Below are positions 60,745 through 64,000 of a DNA stretch of 64,000 nucleotides, in pieces (position 1 is the stretch's first letter; each line of letters begins with the position of its first letter). The stretch is from an uncultured Chloroflexia bacterium (lineage in GTDB: Bacteria > Chloroflexota > Limnocylindria > Limnocylindrales > CSP1-4): contig CAVQRP010000001.1 in NCBI GenBank assembly GCA_963715295.1, positions 398,969 to 462,968 on the forward strand. The letters are read 5' to 3'. The notes beneath the pieces are model-generated. The model saw nothing but the letters and a program-made list of their open reading frames with translations, made no database searches and was not told the origin of the DNA. Position numbers and translations under genes: made by a program.

Positions 60745-63700
60745 GGGGTCGGGCGTAGCCCCGGGGAGCCGATCCGCCCCCTCCGAGCGCTCGCGTTCAG
60801 CCCCGCCCTCATCGTTCTCTTGCTCGGTGGATTGGCACTGCGGCTAACTATCGCATACGTGCTGTTCCCGGCATCGGGCTTCGAGTCGGACCTCGCGTCC
60901 TACAGCGCCTGGGCCGCGACCATGGCCGAGCACGGCCCCGGCGGCTTCTACGCCAACGCCGGCTTCTCCGACTATCCACCGGCGTATCTCTATCTGCTGT
61001 GGGTCGCGGGTGCCCTGGCCGGGTCCGGCGACCCGGGCCAGTTGATCAAGCTGCCTCCGATCCTGCTCGACGTCGGGGTCGCCTACGTCATCTATCGGCT
61101 GGTGCGCGGCTGGACCTGGCCGGGCGCGCGCAGCGAGACGTTGGCGCTGGCTGCGGCCGCCATGTATCTCTTCAACCCGGTCGCCTTCTATGACTCGGCC
61201 CTGTGGGGCCAGACGGACGCGGCCGGGGCCCTGGTGCTGCTGCTGGGCGTGGCCGCGCTCATCCGCGGCAACAGCGAAGGCGCCGCCGCCCTGGCCGCGA
61301 CCGCCGCCTTGGTGAAGCCGCAGTTCGGCGTGGTGCTCATCCCCCTCGTGCTGTTCGTGCTCGTGAAGCGGCACCTGCTGCGCGCGGGCTCCGGGCCCCG
61401 CCACCGGCCGTGGGCGCCCGCGCCCCTGGCCGCCTGGTTGACGCGCCAGCAAGGCTGGCCCCGGCTGCTGACTGCGCTCATCGCCGCCTGGGCCGCGTTC
61501 TTCCTCATCGCGCTGCCCTTCGGGATGGGACCGCTCGAGTACATCGAGCGCATGTTCGGGACAGCCGGCCAGTACGGCTACCTCACCGTCAACGCCTACA
61601 ACCTGTGGGCGCTGATCGGTGTCGAGGGCGCCCCTTCGCTGGCCGAGGCCTTCAATTGGATCGACGACAGCCTGCCGCTGGCCGGACCCATCCCCGGGGT
61701 CGCGGTCGGTGCCGCCCTGCTCGTGGCCGGCTTCCTGTGGGCCAGCCTGCGCGCGACGGCCCGCGACGACCGCTGGACCATCATCGTGGCTGCGACCCTG
61801 CTGGCGGCCGCCTTCTTCATCCTGCCCACGCGCGTGCACGAGCGCTACATCTTCCCGGTCGTGGCGTTGATGCCGCTGCTGGCAGTGGTGCAGCGTCGCT
61901 GGGGCGTGGCCCTGCTGCTGCTGAGCATCGGTGCCTTCATCAATCTGCACGGCATCCTGACGCTTCCGCTGTACGGAACGGCGAATGTGGAGACGCTGCC
62001 CGGCGGCGACCTGTTCCGAAGCCAGTCGCTCATCACGCTGTCGGCCTTGTTGCAGACGGCTGTCGGGCTGTGGGTGGCATGGCAGCTGCGCCCATCGCTC
62101 CAGACCAGCCCCGACGGCTTCGATCACGAGGCTGCGCTTGCTACCGTCGTGACGACGCCGGCGATCGTGCCGGCGCCAGGATCGTCCGTCCTGCCGGGCG
62201 ACCTGGCTGCTCCGGCGGCGCCGGGTGCGTCACCGAGCCTGCCCCCTGGCCGCCTGGACCGGGTCATCGCGCGTCTCTCGTGGGGCTCTCTGCGGCGCGA
62301 CCGCAGCGCCACGCTTGCCTCCGAGCCCGGTGGTCGCATAGACCGCAAGGACGTGCTGGTCCTCGTGGCGCTGGTGCTGGCCACGCTCGTCGTACGCGGT
62401 GCGCGGCTCGACCAGCCGGTTCGCATGTACTTCGACGAGGTCTACCACGCGCGAACGGCCACGGAGTTCCTGCAGCACTGGCAGTACGGCGAGGCGCACG
62501 ACATCTACGAGTTCACCCATCCCCACCTGGCCAAGTACGCCATGGCCTGGGGTATCCGCCTGGCCGGCGGCAACGAGGTCACCGGCAGCGCCGACCTGGG
62601 CGTGGCTGTCACCGACGCTGTCCTGGAGCCCCGCTGGTCGCCGGACGGCAATGACGGTCTGCGCAACGGCGAGCGCCTCTACCTGGCCACGGGCGAGACG
62701 CTGCGTGCCTACGACCTTGCCACGGACGAGCTGGTGGCGGAGTTGCCGATCGCTGCTACTGCGCTCACGATCGACGCCGAGGGTCACACGCTCTACGCTG
62801 CCGACGGGACCGGCCGCCTGTACCGTCTCGAGACCACCCGCCTGGATGACCTTCGTCACCACGGTCCCTCCGAGAGCGAGGCAAGCGCGGACTTCTTCTC
62901 CGCCGGCCCCGGGGCGCCCGTCGACCACCTGCTCGTCACCGACACGTCCGTGGTGGCAGTCACCCGCGGTGAGATGGTGACGTTCGACACTGAATCCGGA
63001 ACGCCGTTGGCGGAGCGGTTCTCCGTGGCCGTGAGCGACGTGATCGAGCTGCCCTGGGCCGAACGGCTGCTGGTCGACACCGGCCAGCTGGACGATCCCG
63101 ACCGCGCCGCCGGCGTCATCGTCCGCGCCCTGGCAGGCGGTCCAGCGCCCGGCGAGGGCGCCCCGCCGCTCGACGAGGCTGAGGTCACCAAGGCCGAGCT
63201 GGCGGAGCGCGAGCGCGTCGCCCGACTGCTGGCCGGCGATGGCTTCGTGGTCGTCGAGGCCTACCTCGGCTCCGCCGCCTCGGAGGCGCTGCGGGCGGCC
63301 ATCGATGAGGGCCGCCTCCCGGGCGCCAGCGTGGAGCGCGGTCCGCTGCTGGCGACCGCCGACGCTGCCGGCATCAGCCTGCTCGACGCCTGGACGCTCG
63401 ACACCATCGACGAGATCCCGACCGATGAGCCCGTGTCGGCCCTTGTGCTCGCTGACCCCGACAGCGATGAGCCCACGCTCTACGGTGCCAGCGGCGCATC
63501 GCTCGTCTCGGTCCGTCTGGAGCAGGAGGGCCCGGCTGTCGCGGAGTCGGTATGGATGCCGGGCGCCATCGAAGACCTCGTCTGGAACGACTCGGCTGAG
63601 CTGGTCCATGCCCTCGGCGAGGCTCCCGCCGGCGGACCGACCGTCTATGTCGTCGAGCCCAAGGGGGAGTCGGTCTTCATCGACGTACCGCTCGCTGCAC

Positions 63701-64000
63701 GTCCGTCCGAGCTGCTCGCCGATACCCAGCCGGGGCGTCCCGACGCCGACCGCACCGAGCTGCTCGCGATCACCGACGCCGGACAGATGACGACCATCGG
63801 CATCGGCGGCAACGCCTTCGGCTGGCGCCTGCCGGGCATGCTGGCGGGCGTGCTGGCAGCGGCCCTGCTGTACCTGCTGGCGCGGGTGTTGTTCGCACGG
63901 CGAAGCGTGGGTCTCATCGTGGCCTGCCTGATCGTTGCGGAGGGCATGCTCTTCGCCAACTCCCGCCTCGGCATGAACGACGTCTACGTGACCACCTTCA
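60724..64000 (+). CDS. Giant fusion of two GT-C glycosyltransferase modules (Gpi18/DUF2029-like N-module plus PMT/GT39-like C-module interrupted by an insert of about 410 aa); continues beyond the window end
   Basis: Absent from the ORF track because there is no stop in the window. GTG at 60724 with AGGAGG at 60705..60710. The frame stays open for 1092 codons to the window end. N-module: SDLASYSAWAATMAEHGPGGFYANAGFSDYPPAYLYLLW...LWGQTDAAGALV. C-module from about 62335: VRMYFDEVYHARTATEFLQHWQYGEAHDIYEFTHPHLAKYAMAWGIRLAGGN ...(insert)... GIGGNAFGWRLPGMLAGVLAAALLYLLARVLF...MLFANSRLGMNDVY. Confidence 0.7.
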   Translation, partial: MTTTLAQGVGRSPGEPIRPLRALAFSPALIVLLLGGLALRLTIAYVLFPASGFESDLASYSAWAATMAEHGPGGFYANAGFSDYPPAYLYLLWVAGALAGSGDPGQLIKLPPILLDVGVAYVIYRLVRGWTWPGARSETLALAAAAMYLFNPVAFYDSALWGQTDAAGALVLLLGVAALIRGNSEGAAALAATAALVKPQFGVVLIPLVLFVLVKRHLLRAGSGPRHRPWAPAPLAAWLTRQQGWPRLLTALIAAWAAFFLIALPFGMGPLEYIERMFGTAGQYGYLTVNAYNLWALIGVEGAPSLAEAFNWIDDSLPLAGPIPGVAVGAALLVAGFLWASLRATARDDRWTIIVAATLLAAAFFILPTRVHERYIFPVVALMPLLAVVQRRWGVALLLLSIGAFINLHGILTLPLYGTANVETLPGGDLFRSQSLITLSALLQTAVGLWVAWQLRPSLQTSPDGFDHEAALATVVTTPAIVPAPGSSVLPGDLAAPAAPGASPSLPPGRLDRVIARLSWGSLRRDRSATLASEPGGRIDRKDVLVLVALVLATLVVRGARLDQPVRMYFDEVYHARTATEFLQHWQYGEAHDIYEFTHPHLAKYAMAWGIRLAGGNEVTGSADLGVAVTDAVLEPRWSPDGNDGLRNGERLYLATGETLRAYDLATDELVAELPIAATALTIDAEGHTLYAADGTGRLYRLETTRLDDLRHHGPSESEASADFFSAGPGAPVDHLLVTDTSVVAVTRGEMVTFDTESGTPLAERFSVAVSDVIELPWAERLLVDTGQLDDPDRAAGVIVRALAGGPAPGEGAPPLDEAEVTKAELAERERVARLLAGDGFVVVEAYLGSAASEALRAAIDEGRLPGASVERGPLLATADAAGISLLDAWTLDTIDEIPTDEPVSALVLADPDSDEPTLYGASGASLVSVRLEQEGPAVAESVWMPGAIEDLVWNDSAELVHALGEAPAGGPTVYVVEPKGESVFIDVPLAARPSELLADTQPGRPDADRTELLAITDAGQMTTIGIGGNAFGWRLPGMLAGVLAAALLYLLARVLFARRSVGLIVACLIVAEGMLFANSRLGMNDVYVTTF

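Noticed and set aside
60844-63609. Two long minus-strand ORFs (60844..62127, 427 aa; 62230..63609, 459 aa) and the plus-strand ORF 61203..62654.
   Set aside because: They are antisense to, or out of frame with, the 1092-codon GT-C fusion ORF. That ORF gives coherent membrane-protein sequence with recognisable family motifs, whereas these give RGQ/DRH-rich nonsense.

Overview
This is a high-GC (roughly two-thirds G+C by eye) bacterial chromosomal segment covering the replication-origin neighbourhood of a rod-shaped, Terrabacteria-type organism. The gene order resembles Actinobacteriota, Chloroflexota and Firmicutes; I cannot place it more precisely. Almost all of it is housekeeping, in five blocks. 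(1) 1-24.7 kb, all on the minus strand: UPF0104-like membrane protein, PHP phosphoesterase, mreB, murA, the full F1F0 ATP synthase operon (atpC-D-G-A-H-F-E-B plus an AtpI/Z-like gene), wecA-like transferase, glyA, tsaC, prmC, prfA, DUF1385, rpmE, rpmA, rplU, then (plus strand) a J-domain gene, a CPA2 antiporter, and rodA-mrdA-mreD. (2) 24.7-25.4 kb: a divergent intergenic region with two parS sites and three DnaA boxes. (3) 25.4-44.8 kb, mostly plus strand: parA-parB-gyrB-(AlkD-like)-gyrA-prs, secA (minus), a small Cys-rich ORF, prfB with its canonical programmed +1 frameshift, GNAT, IMPase-family protein, ftsE-ftsX-ctp, smpB and tmRNA. (4) 44.8-54.2 kb: jag-yidC-yidD-rnpA-rpmH (minus), a degraded csaA-like gene, dnaA, a convergent TrkA-C membrane gene, an AT-rich DnaA-box region (candidate oriC), and dnaN-recF-DUF721. 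(5) 54.2-64 kb: a degenerate PP2C-like membrane protein, a DUF151 nuclease, and a glycosylation cluster (a GT2 polyprenyl-phosphate sugar synthase plus three GT-C membrane glycosyltransferases). One of the three is a >1090-aa double-GT-C fusion that runs off the window and is absent from the ORF track. No rRNA, tRNA, CRISPR array or mobile element was seen. Main caveat: many conserved essential genes (atpA/B/G/H/F, glyA, prfA, prmC, mrdA, parB, gyrB, dnaA and others) are broken by single-base frame changes, while other long genes (secA, gyrA, atpD, murA, the GT-C genes) are intact. I read this as assembly or consensus error rather than pseudogenisation. Coordinates of broken genes were reconstructed by stitching frames and are approximate. 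I found no defence-system-like locus. The most unusual content is the GT-C cluster and fusion, the split origin architecture (a DnaA-box/parS cluster 24 kb from dnaA-dnaN), the Cys-rich small ORF and a structured intergenic element upstream of smpB.
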